Translations under genes and position numbers: made by a program
Assembly (NCBI GenBank): GCA_037446235.1
Contig: JBBIJA010000002.1
Span: 1-40,361, forward strand
Reading direction: 5' to 3'
Length of the DNA: 40,361 nucleotides
Source: Armatimonadota bacterium
GTDB taxonomy: Bacteria; Armatimonadota; Fervidibacteria; Fervidibacterales; Fervidibacteraceae
Notes under the pieces: model-generated
The model's input: only the letters and a program-made list of their open reading frames with translations
What the model was told of the DNA's origin: nothing
Databases searched by the model: none
Shown here: one piece after another, positions 1-8,631 of the stretch
How positions within the stretch are numbered: the first letter of the stretch is position 1
How the letters are laid out: every line of letters begins with the position of its first letter

Positions 1-1812
1 CGCACTTATGCCTGCTGGATGGGCAAAAACGCCGGCGGGACTTTGGGTGCCCCTGTGGAGGGTCAACCAGGACCGCACAACTTTGACTGGTATCCCAAGT
101 TACAAGAAGGCGGCATCCCCAACGACGACTTGGAGATGCAACTTATCTGGTTTGATGCCGTGAGGCGTTCTGGTTGGCAAGTCAACGCTAAGGTTTTGGC
201 TCAGGCGTGGCTAACCCACATCGGTTACAACTGGTGCGAATACGGCATCTCCAAACGCAACCTTCGTTGGGGGCTGCTGCCGCCGCTGTCGGGTGCCTAC
301 GACAATGATTTCTTCAACGACTGCATGGGTTCGCCCATTCGTTCGGAAATCTGGGCTTGCCTTGCCCCCGCCTCGCCCCGCATCGCTGCCCGCTTCGCCT
401 TTGAAGACGCCATCGTTGACCATGCAGGCGGTGAAGGCGTTTGGGGGGAGATGTTCAACGCCGCTTTGGAGAGCGCCGCTTTTGTCAAACGCAACTTGGA
501 CGAGTTGCTGGACATTGCCCTAAGTTACATCCCGTCCGATTGCCTGATTCACCGAGCCGTCAGCGAAACGAGGCAATGGTGGCATTCGCTGCGGGATTGG
601 AGAGCCGTTCGCCAACGCATCGCCGAAAAATATTGGCACCGTGAGCCTACCCATGCCCCACAAAATTTAGCCTTCACCGTCTTGGGGCTTCTGGCAAGCG
701 AAGGCGATTTCGGCAAAGCCATCACGACGGCGGTCAACTGCGGACAGGATACGGATTGCACGGGAGCAACTTCAGGCTCCATCATGGGCATTTTGCTGGG
801 CGAAGTCCCGCAAAAATGGGCGGAACCTTTGGGCGAAACGATTGCGACGAACTTAAATTGGGGCGGCATCCGAAATTTCACCCCTCCGACCGATGTGCGC
901 GCCTTTACCGACGAAGTGGTGACGGCAGCGGAACGAATTTTGACATGGCATCATGCCCTTGTGCGCGTCAGCGCCGACGAGCCGACGGACTTTTCCGCTC
1001 TGCCCGACGAATGGCTGCGCCCAGACGACGGCATCCGTGAACTGTGGGAACTTAACCTTCACCCTTGGCGGGTGGATTGGGAACTGAACGCTGTTCATGT
1101 CAGCGTGGATTACCAAAGCGCCCCAACGGTCAACCCTGAGACACCGAAACCCCTGACGGTTTGGCTTCGCAACCGCGAACTGGTGCCGTTGACAGTCAGC
1201 GTTGTTTGGGATGCCCCGTCAGATTGGCGGGTAGAGCCAATGCGCCAATCGGTGACTCTGCCGCCCAAAGCCTTGGTCGGCGTCAACGCCCAAATCCATG
1301 CGCCCGTGCGGTTGCCACAGATGCAAACGCTTTGGGTGAAGGTGCGAGCCCACGAGCGACCCGCCGAAGTTGCCGCGCCTGTCACCCTCATCGGCGAACG
1401 GCGATGGCTGGTGCGGAGGGACGACAGCCAATGGCAAACGGAATGGTCGGTTGACAGCCAATTGCCCCTGGAGCGTTGGTTGGGTGGCAAACCTGGCGTC
1501 GTGGAAGCGCGGCTGCGGGTCTGGTCACCCCGCCTGCAGCGGGTTCATATAGGCTTCCCGTGCAATGCCGCCTTCACCCTTTGGTTCAACGGCAGCGAAT
1601 TGCTCAACGCCCATCACCCCGATTACCTCGTTCGTCCTGGCTATCAGGGACCTGTTAGTCATTACGCCAGCGTCATCTTGCGCCAGGGTTGGAACGAAGT
1701 GGCGGTAAGGATAGAACGGCAAGAAAAGCCGGTGGATGCCTACCTGATTTTCAGCGACCCAGAAGACTTGTATCGCGGCGTCACCGACATCGTTATGACG
1801 CAGGTGCCTTGA
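1..1812 (+). CDS. ADP-ribosylglycohydrolase family protein with C-terminal beta-rich domains (5' partial)
   Basis: Frame is open from base 1 (RTYACWMGKNAGGTLG). NDDLEMQL and GQDTDCTGAT metal-binding motifs are typical of the ARH/DraG family. Confidence 0.85.
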   Translation, partial: RTYACWMGKNAGGTLGAPVEGQPGPHNFDWYPKLQEGGIPNDDLEMQLIWFDAVRRSGWQVNAKVLAQAWLTHIGYNWCEYGISKRNLRWGLLPPLSGAYDNDFFNDCMGSPIRSEIWACLAPASPRIAARFAFEDAIVDHAGGEGVWGEMFNAALESAAFVKRNLDELLDIALSYIPSDCLIHRAVSETRQWWHSLRDWRAVRQRIAEKYWHREPTHAPQNLAFTVLGLLASEGDFGKAITTAVNCGQDTDCTGATSGSIMGILLGEVPQKWAEPLGETIATNLNWGGIRNFTPPTDVRAFTDEVVTAAERILTWHHALVRVSADEPTDFSALPDEWLRPDDGIRELWELNLHPWRVDWELNAVHVSVDYQSAPTVNPETPKPLTVWLRNRELVPLTVSVVWDAPSDWRVEPMRQSVTLPPKALVGVNAQIHAPVRLPQMQTLWVKVRAHERPAEVAAPVTLIGERRWLVRRDDSQWQTEWSVDSQLPLERWLGGKPGVVEARLRVWSPRLQRVHIGFPCNAAFTLWFNGSELLNAHHPDYLVRPGYQGPVSHYASVILRQGWNEVAVRIERQEKPVDAYLIFSDPEDLYRGVTDIVMTQVP

Positions 1813-1825
1813 AGGAGGCGTAAAG

Positions 1826-2482
1826 ATGCGAGGTTTGTTCATCAGCGTGGAAGGAGTGGAAGGCAGCGGCAAAACGACAGTGGTCAAAGCCCTTGCCGAT
1901 TGGATTAGCCAAAACGAGTTAGAAGTTATCGTCACTGCTGAACCGGGAGGGACAGATTTGGGCGAACGCATTCGCCAACTTCTCCTTGACCCTCATCCCT
2001 CATCTCTCATCCCTCATCCCTTATCCGAAGCCTTCCTGTTTTTCGCCGACCGAGCCGACCATGTGGCAAAAGTTATCCGACCTGCTTTAGAGCAGGGGAA
2101 AATCGTTTTGTGCGACCGTTTCGCCGACAGCACCTTCGCCTACCAATCGTTCGGGTTAGGTCTGTCCTTAGGTTTGTTGAAAGGTTTAAACGGCATCGCC
2201 ACCGGCGGAGTGATGCCCGACTTGACTTTGCTTCTTGATATTGACCCCGAAATCGGTTTACAGCGCATTCAAAAGAAGACCGTCTTTGAGCGCTATCCTT
2301 TGCCTTTTCACCAGCGCGTCCGTTGGGGTTACCTATGGCTGGCAAAGCACGAACCCAATCGCATCAAAGTCATTGACGCTGGGCAAACGATGGGAGCAGT
2401 GTTGGCACAGGCAAAAACTTTGGCGGAGGAGGCGATCGCTTCGTGGCGCTTTCAGGCTTCGTCGGCAACGAACACGCCTTAA
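1826..2482 (+). CDS. tmk: dTMP kinase
   Basis: ISVEGVEGSGKTT P-loop, EPGG, LCDRFADST, PDLTLLLD; GGAGG RBS upstream. Confidence 0.97.
   Translation: MRGLFISVEGVEGSGKTTVVKALADWISQNELEVIVTAEPGGTDLGERIRQLLLDPHPSSLIPHPLSEAFLFFADRADHVAKVIRPALEQGKIVLCDRFADSTFAYQSFGLGLSLGLLKGLNGIATGGVMPDLTLLLDIDPEIGLQRIQKKTVFERYPLPFHQRVRWGYLWLAKHEPNRIKVIDAGQTMGAVLAQAKTLAEEAIASWRFQASSATNTP
1990..2024 (+). repeat. Heptamer tandem repeat, 5 x CCCTCAT-like, inside tmk
   Basis: ccctcat ccctcat ctctcat ccctcat cccttat; encodes PHPSSLIPHPLS. Confidence 0.85.
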
Positions 2483-3567
2483 CGCTTCTGCGTCGCTTGA
2501 CGGAAAAAGATGCGTTGCCCCATGCTTGGCTGTTCGCCGGTCCCGCCAAAGTTGGCAAACGGACGCTGGCGGTGGAGTGGGCGAAATTCCTCAATTGTCA
2601 ATCGCCCGTCCAAACCCCAGCCGGTATGGACGCATGTGACTTGTGTCCATCGTGTCGGCACCTTGAACCCAACCGACCTTCTTATGCACAGACCCATCCC
2701 AGCGTCCGACTCGTGGACACGCTTTTGGCAGCCTATTGGGAAGCGACGGAACGCGTTCGTGACGAAGAAGTCGTTGACCCGACCAAACTCAAACCGAAAC
2801 TTTCGCTGGGCATTAAAGCGGTGCGGGCTTTGCGGGAGGAAGTCGTTAGCACCTCCCTTTGGCGCTGGCGGGTCTTCATCATTGACGAAGGGGAACGCCT
2901 GACCGAAGAGGCATCGGCGGCGTTGCTGAAGACTTTGGAAGAACCCCCTGAACGGACGCTGTTCATCTTGGTCAGCGCCAACCCTTGGGCAATTCACCCG
3001 ACCGTCAGGTCTCGCTGCCATTTGCTGCGCTTTCGGTTGGTTCCGTCAGCCCAAATCGTTGCGGCGCTCCGCCATCGCGGCGTTGAAGAAAAAGAAGCGC
3101 AGAAACTGGCAAGGCTTTCTCGGGGGCGCATCGGTTGGGCGTTAAACGCCGCCGGCGACCCAACATGGCAAACGGCGCTTGAACAATTAAAACAACGCCT
3201 CCATGCGGCTTGGAAAATGAACCTTTGGGACATCTTTCGTTTCGCCGAACAATGCGCGAAAGGCATAGAGGAAAGCGGTGAAGAAGAGACGACGATGGCA
3301 CAGCAGCGGCGAGCCTTAGAAGAACTTTTGGAAGGCTTGATGTTGGGCTATCGTGACCTGCTAACGGCTGCATGGCAGGCGACGGACTTGACGGTCAACC
3401 CCAGCTGGCTTTCGCAGCGGCAGGAACTGGCGGCATGGACGCCCGACAGAATCGTCGCCGCGCTGCAATCGCTACAGCGGACTTGGCGTTACATCCGTCC
3501 GCCCCTTAACGCCAACCCCCAACTGGCGCTGGAAGTTTTAGCGGCTTCTTTCGCCAACGATGTATAG
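2443..3567 (+). CDS. holB: DNA polymerase III subunit delta'
   Basis: HAWLFAGPAKVGKR, Zn module LNC..CDLCPSC, ALLKTLEEPP, SRC motif; directly follows tmk. Confidence 0.93.
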   Translation: MALSGFVGNEHALTLLRRLTEKDALPHAWLFAGPAKVGKRTLAVEWAKFLNCQSPVQTPAGMDACDLCPSCRHLEPNRPSYAQTHPSVRLVDTLLAAYWEATERVRDEEVVDPTKLKPKLSLGIKAVRALREEVVSTSLWRWRVFIIDEGERLTEEASAALLKTLEEPPERTLFILVSANPWAIHPTVRSRCHLLRFRLVPSAQIVAALRHRGVEEKEAQKLARLSRGRIGWALNAAGDPTWQTALEQLKQRLHAAWKMNLWDIFRFAEQCAKGIEESGEEETTMAQQRRALEELLEGLMLGYRDLLTAAWQATDLTVNPSWLSQRQELAAWTPDRIVAALQSLQRTWRYIRPPLNANPQLALEVLAASFANDV

Positions 3568-3712
3568 ATGTGCCCTGATGTTGCGGCTCGCATTTCCATC
3601 AAAAGGTTGACACGAAGCAACATTGAGCGAAGCCATACAAAAGCGTCATGCCCTGCACCTTGATGCCAAAATTTTTCATGCAGCCATGCCGAACTAAGGC
3701 AGGTGAAGGGAT

Positions 3713-4525
3713 ATGGCGCAGACACGGCGTCAGTTCTTACAGCAAACGGCGGGCACCCTGCTGGGCGTATCAGCGGCACTCGCCGCCCAAACCCAAAAGG
3801 AGGGGAAACGAAAGATGATTTGGAAGTTGGGGCTTCAAAGTTACTCGCTGCGAAAAATGACCTTTCAGCAAGCCGTCTCAACAGTCAAACAGTTGGGCTT
3901 GGAGTTCGTGGAAGCCTTCCCAGGGCATCTACCTATGGAGCAAGCCGAAGAAGCCAAGAAGGTCTTGGCAGAGCAAGGCGTCCAATGCATCGCTTATGGG
4001 GTTGTCCACATGGACGGCAACGAGGCGGCGATGCGAAGGCTGTTTGACTTCGCCAAGACGATGGGGATTGAAGTCTTCAGCGCCGACCCGACCCCCGACA
4101 GTTTTGACCTTTTGGACAAACTGGTGGAAGAGTATGGGGTCTATGTAGCCATCCACAATCACGGTCCAGGCAGCCGTTATCCGGGCGTTGACAGTGTTGT
4201 GAAAGCCATTGATGGGCATAACGAGAAAATCGGTTTGTGCTACGACAACGGGCATGGCGCTCGCGCCGGCGACGACATCGTGGCGGCGGTGGGAAAAATC
4301 GGCAAGCGCATCTACGGGGTGCACCTGAAGGATGTGGGCGCAGACAAGCATGATGTCGTGATTGGCACAGGCGTGCTGGACATCAAGGGCTTCCTGAAGG
4401 CTCTGAAGGGGGTCGGCTTCAAAGGTGCTCTTATGTTGGAGTATGAGTTGGAGCCTGAAGACCCTGTTCCTGGCATCCAGAAGTCGCTGGATTTTGTTCG
4501 GAAAGCGCTGGCGGAGTTGGCGTGA
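3713..4525 (+). CDS. Sugar phosphate isomerase/epimerase (AP_endonuc_2 TIM barrel) with Tat signal peptide
   Basis: TRRQFL twin-arginine motif; AIHNHG, DNGH, VHLKD and LEYE metal ligands. Confidence 0.88.
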   Translation: MAQTRRQFLQQTAGTLLGVSAALAAQTQKEGKRKMIWKLGLQSYSLRKMTFQQAVSTVKQLGLEFVEAFPGHLPMEQAEEAKKVLAEQGVQCIAYGVVHMDGNEAAMRRLFDFAKTMGIEVFSADPTPDSFDLLDKLVEEYGVYVAIHNHGPGSRYPGVDSVVKAIDGHNEKIGLCYDNGHGARAGDDIVAAVGKIGKRIYGVHLKDVGADKHDVVIGTGVLDIKGFLKALKGVGFKGALMLEYELEPEDPVPGIQKSLDFVRKALAELA

Positions 4526-4529
4526 GTTT

Positions 4530-4560
4530 CGTCGGGGCACAGCACAATTGTGCCCCGACG
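4530..4560. repeat. REP-like perfect palindrome (12-bp stem, 7-nt loop), possibly also a terminator
   Basis: cgtcggggcaca gcacaat tgtgccccgacg, just after the stop codon; no U-tract. Confidence 0.75.
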
Positions 4561-4602
4561 ACCTGCCTGCAATGTAGAGTAGCCTGAGGAGGTGATGTTA
4601 CC

Positions 4603-5267
4603 ATGTATGTCCCGCAACCGATACCCTATCAAGGCTCAAAGCGCTATATCGCTAAGGTCATCCTTGCCTTTTTCCCAAAAGCCGTTGAAACTCTTTTTGA
4701 ACCTTTCGCTGGTTCAGCGGCGGTATCATTGGCAGCAGGCGACTTGGCAGAAATCCAAAAGACATGCGCCGAGATATACTTACAGCTTCACGCTTATTGA
4801 GTGGCAAGACAACGCTGAGCAGTAAGGATTTTCGCGAGGTGCTGCCGTTAGTATCAGAAGCCGATTTGGTTTACATGGATCCGCCGTATCAAGGCGTGTG
4901 TATGGGTATAGACCCACGATACTTGTGCGGTGTTAGTTTCCGAGAATTGGTGGGTGTGGTGAAAGAGTTAAGCAAGCGAGGCATCGCCTTTTTGCTTAGT
5001 TACGATGGGCGAAGCGGGAATAAAGTTTATGGGCAACGGCTCCCAGATGAGTCGGGTTTGTGTCGCATAGAACTCAAAACCGGTCGTTCCGCTCAAGCCA
5101 CTTTGCTTGGTAGGAGTGAAATAACTTACGAGGCATTGTATCTTTCCCCTCCCCTGCTTGAGCGTTTAAGGCTCCAGCCGCATCAAGTGGAAGAAATTGC
5201 CCGTGAGTTAACCGAAAAAGAACATCCAACACTGATCGGAGGAGATGAAGTTGCAACCTTCCGATGA
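4603..5267 (+). pseudogene. Dam-family (D12 class) DNA adenine methyltransferase, split by internal deletion/frameshift
   Basis: IPYQGSKR and FEPFAGSAA (motifs X/I) lie in one frame; RRLGRNPKDM...VYMDPPY (motif IV) lies in another; junction near 4737. Confidence 0.85.
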
Positions 5268-5513
5268 AGCAAAGGCGATGATCCGCCAGACACTCAAGGG
5301 AATGCGGAGCAAACGAGCCCGAACGGTTGTGGAGCACATCCTTCAACACGGAAACATCACCAGCATAGAGATTGAGGAATTATATGGCTATAAGCATCCA
5401 CCCACGAAATTGCGCTTTATGACAGTCTGAGAGCGTTGGCGGAAAACTTGAGGATGCCGCTGCCTGAGTATATCAAGCAAGTTGTTGCAAGACACTTAAA
5501 GAAATCCCAATAA
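5245..5513 (+). pseudogene. Remnant of the partner (probably HNH-type) restriction endonuclease
   Basis: N-terminus ...SKRARTVVEHILQHGNITSIEIEELYGYKHPP breaks off near 5403. A second frame (5406-5513) reads EIALYDSLRALAENLRMPLPEYIKQVVARHLKKSQ*, which looks like a natural C-terminus. Confidence 0.6.
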
Positions 5514-5560
5514 AATTCCACAAATGGCGTCAGGATGGTAACTTGTCGTGATAGGAGGCG

Positions 5561-6808
5561 GTGACGATGCTGCGCATCGCCTTGGTCGGCTGTGGGCGGA
5601 TCATGCCGGCGCATTTGCACGCATACAAGGCGCTGTGGGACATGGGCATCCGCAACTTTCGCATCGTCGCGTTGGTGGCGCGTCGGGAAGAGGACGCGTT
5701 GCGGTTCCGCAAACGGGGCGAAGGTCCTCCGCCCCGACCGCCCGTGACGACCAATCCCGCCGACCCGTTGGGCAAACCCCACCTTTATGTCAGCGACATC
5801 CACGACGATTTGCTGCCCGAAGTCTTCACCGATTGGCAGACGATGCTGGAACGAGCCGATGTGGACATGGTGGACATCTACACGACGGTCAGCACCCATC
5901 ACGAAATTGCCGCTGCTGCGTTGGGAGCAGGTAAACATGTGCAAGTGGAAAAACCGATGGCGGTGACGGTGCGGGCGGGAAAGTTGATGGTGGACGCCGC
6001 CAAGAAAGCGGGCAAGGTGCTAACGGTCGCCGAAAGCGTCCGTTACAGTGAGCCCATCCGCATGGTGAAGTGGGTTTTGGAACAGGGTTTCATCGGTGAA
6101 GTCCAAACCTTCCACAGTTTCGGTTTCGGCAGCGATTGGTCGCCCGACAAAATCGTCGCCCAAACCCCCTGGCGACACCTGAAGTTGCTGGGGGGTGGCG
6201 GTGCTACGATTGACATCGGCGTCCACCTTTGGCACATGGCGAGGTATTGGTGCGGTGAGGTTCGGGAACTGTTCGCTTATACACCGATTTTGGAATCCGT
6301 CCGCTACACACGCGATGAGCGGGGCGACATCGTCCAGCAAGTTTTGCCCGATGCCGACGACACTTTCTTTGCCCTTTGCCGATTTGAGGGGGGCGCTTAC
6401 GGTGTCGCCGGGTTCAGTTGGGGCGGGCATAGCGGGCGCATCGGCGCACCAACGAGCATGTTCGGGACGAAAGGATGCATTATCGGTGACCGAGTGCAGT
6501 TGGATGACAGCACCGACGTCAGCGTCCGAGAGTTTTTTGAAGCCCAAGCTTCGGACACCGACAAAGAGCGGTTTTTCCCGACGGGCATCCGCGATGCCTT
6601 TACGCTGGAGAAGTGGGATTGGTTTCGCGCCATTGAACAGGGCACCAAGGCGGAAGCCAGTGGCGATGAAGGCTTGCGGGACTTAGCCGTCAGTTTTGCC
6701 ATGGCCGAATCGTTCGTGGCGAACCGTCCCGTCAGCATCGCTGAAGTTTTAGACGGGCGCGTGGATGCGTATCAACGCCCCATTGACGAGCACTATGGAT
6801 TGGCGTGA
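5561..6808 (+). CDS. Gfo/Idh/MocA family oxidoreductase
   Basis: IALVGCGRI Rossmann motif, GKHVQVEKPMA, GGGATIDIGVH. Confidence 0.95.
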   Translation: MTMLRIALVGCGRIMPAHLHAYKALWDMGIRNFRIVALVARREEDALRFRKRGEGPPPRPPVTTNPADPLGKPHLYVSDIHDDLLPEVFTDWQTMLERADVDMVDIYTTVSTHHEIAAAALGAGKHVQVEKPMAVTVRAGKLMVDAAKKAGKVLTVAESVRYSEPIRMVKWVLEQGFIGEVQTFHSFGFGSDWSPDKIVAQTPWRHLKLLGGGGATIDIGVHLWHMARYWCGEVRELFAYTPILESVRYTRDERGDIVQQVLPDADDTFFALCRFEGGAYGVAGFSWGGHSGRIGAPTSMFGTKGCIIGDRVQLDDSTDVSVREFFEAQASDTDKERFFPTGIRDAFTLEKWDWFRAIEQGTKAEASGDEGLRDLAVSFAMAESFVANRPVSIAEVLDGRVDAYQRPIDEHYGLA

Positions 6809-7018
6809 GGAAGGCCGATAAAGACATGTCGCTTTCCCAGCGTTCGGCAAATCATCGCCTCTTTGGACGAAAAAGGGCGCTGGGTGGAAGACGGGTTCAT
6901 CCACACGCCCACCTTTATCCGAAACTTGGAAACGCTGGCGGATTACATCACCACGATGCAAACCCTATCCATAAGGCAAACAGGGTCGTTGAACCGAGAA
7001 ACTCAGCCTAACGGCTGA
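6809..7018 (+). pseudogene. Start-less gene fragment resembling the C-terminus of PL10-like pectate lyases
   Basis: Frame continuing the Gfo stop reads VRQIIASLDEKGRWVEDGFIHTPTFIRNLETLADYI...QPNG*; no ATG/RBS before the conserved part. Confidence 0.45.
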
Positions 7019-7054
7019 ATAGTCACAGACAACTCATTAGTTTGCGCTACGGGG

Positions 7055-7366
7055 TCAACGAACAGGGCATTGGCAGGGCGATGTGTCACATTTGGGGCAG
7101 CCATGGGCGTAGCGTCGGGCAGCTTCTTCCAAGTCCACGCCCGCCAAGTTGGCGACGCTCAAAAGCCACGCCAGCACGTCGGAAAATTCCACCCGCAACG
7201 CCCCCTCGTCGTGTTCGTCGGCTTTGAGCAAACCTGCCAACTCGCCGACCTCCTCCACGAACCAAAGAAACGTCCGTTCCAACCCGCGCTGGCGGTCACG
7301 CTCAAAGTAGGTGCTACGGATTTGCTCTTGCAGTTCGTTTAAAGTCACCGTCCAGACCTCCCTCAT
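7055..7366 (-). CDS. Single-domain MazG-like nucleotide pyrophosphohydrolase (start may be GTG at 7348)
   Basis: EEVGEL and EFSDVL motifs; C-terminal CPKC..PCQC. Confidence 0.92.
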   Translation of the reverse strand: MREVWTVTLNELQEQIRSTYFERDRQRGLERTFLWFVEEVGELAGLLKADEHDEGALRVEFSDVLAWLLSVANLAGVDLEEAARRYAHGCPKCDTSPCQCPVR

Positions 7367-7494
7367 GTCCGTTTTGATGCTGCTTCAGTGGGCTTGAAGA
7401 AGCATGGTAGCGCCAATGCCGCTGCAAAGGATGCCGTTTGGGTCTAAAATTGTTTCGGCAAAAATTGTAACAGATACCAGAGGAGGGAAAGACG

Positions 7495-8523
7495 ATGAAA
7501 GCGGCAGCCATCGTAGAGCATGGTGGCGTGGACGGGTTGCGCTATATGGACTTGCCCGACCCCCAACCCGATGCGGGTGAAGTCATTATCCGTGTGAAAG
7601 CGTGTGCCCTCAACCACTTGGATGTCTGGCTGCGTTCCGGTCTTGCCAGATACCCTTTGTCGCTGCCCCATGTCCCCGGCAGCGATGTCGCCGGCGAAGT
7701 CGTTGCCATCGGTGGCGCCGTGACGAACGTCCAGGTCGGCGACAAGGTGATTGTCAACCCCAACTTAACTTGCGGCGAATGCGAATGGTGTCGTATGGGC
7801 GAAGACAGCCTGTGCCAGTCGTTCGGCATCTTCGGGGCGAAGTGCTGGGGCGGCTACGCCGAGTGTGCGAAAGCCCCCGCCCGCAACCTTATCCCGATGC
7901 CAGACGGCTTGACTTTTGAGCAAGCGGCGGCGTTCCCGCTGACTTTCATGACGGCTTGGCACATGCTCTTGACGCGGGCGCAATTGAAACCGGGAGAGCG
8001 CGTGTTAGTATTGGCGGCAGGAAGCGGCGTCGGCGTCGCCGCCGTCCAAATCGCCAAGTTCACGGGCGCGTTCGTCATCGCCACCGCCGGCACCGACGAA
8101 AAATGCGAAAAGGCGAAAGCGTTGGGCGCCGACGCCGTCATCAACCACAGCCGAGAAGCCATATCTGACCGTGTGCGGGCGTTAACGGATGGGCGGGGCG
8201 TGGATGTCGTCTTTGAGCATGTCGGAACGGCAACTTTTGAGCAAAGCCTTCGCTCGCTGGCTAAAGGCGGTCGCATCGTCACCTGCGGGGCAACGACGGG
8301 ACCGACGGCGACTTTTGACATCCGTTACCTTTTCAGTCGGCAACTGTCCATCGTCGGCTCCATGATGGGACGCACCGATGAACTCTTGACAGTTGTGCGG
8401 CTCGTCGGCGAAGGCAAACTCAAACCCGTCATTGACCGCGTTTTCCCATTGACGGAAGCGGCGCAGGCACAGCAGGTCTTGGAGAGCCGAGACTTCTTCG
8501 GCAAACTAATGCTGGTGCCTTAG
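7495..8523 (+). CDS. Zinc-binding alcohol dehydrogenase / MDR family oxidoreductase
   Basis: GSDVAG, CGECEWC..C structural Zn site, AAGSGVG, FGKLML; GGAGG RBS. Confidence 0.95.
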   Translation: MKAAAIVEHGGVDGLRYMDLPDPQPDAGEVIIRVKACALNHLDVWLRSGLARYPLSLPHVPGSDVAGEVVAIGGAVTNVQVGDKVIVNPNLTCGECEWCRMGEDSLCQSFGIFGAKCWGGYAECAKAPARNLIPMPDGLTFEQAAAFPLTFMTAWHMLLTRAQLKPGERVLVLAAGSGVGVAAVQIAKFTGAFVIATAGTDEKCEKAKALGADAVINHSREAISDRVRALTDGRGVDVVFEHVGTATFEQSLRSLAKGGRIVTCGATTGPTATFDIRYLFSRQLSIVGSMMGRTDELLTVVRLVGEGKLKPVIDRVFPLTEAAQAQQVLESRDFFGKLMLVP

Positions 8524-8631
8524 GGAACGACGCACCTGGGATGGACGCTTGCCCAGAGGCTGCAAAAAGGGTAAGGCTTTTTGGTGTCTGTTGCCCCTCC
8601 TGCCCTAAACATGCTAAGGAGAGATGAGGTT

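Noticed and set aside
3607-3612. TTGACA upstream of the sugar isomerase
   Set aside because: No plausible -10 at 16-18 nt spacing.
6806-6808. Selenocysteine read-through of the Gfo/Idh/MocA TGA
   Set aside because: The protein is complete at the stop, the position is not a redox Cys site, and no SECIS-like hairpin is evident.
6805-7011. 68-aa ORF MRKADKD... from the track
   Set aside because: Not protein-like; the alternative frame has the recognisable sequence.
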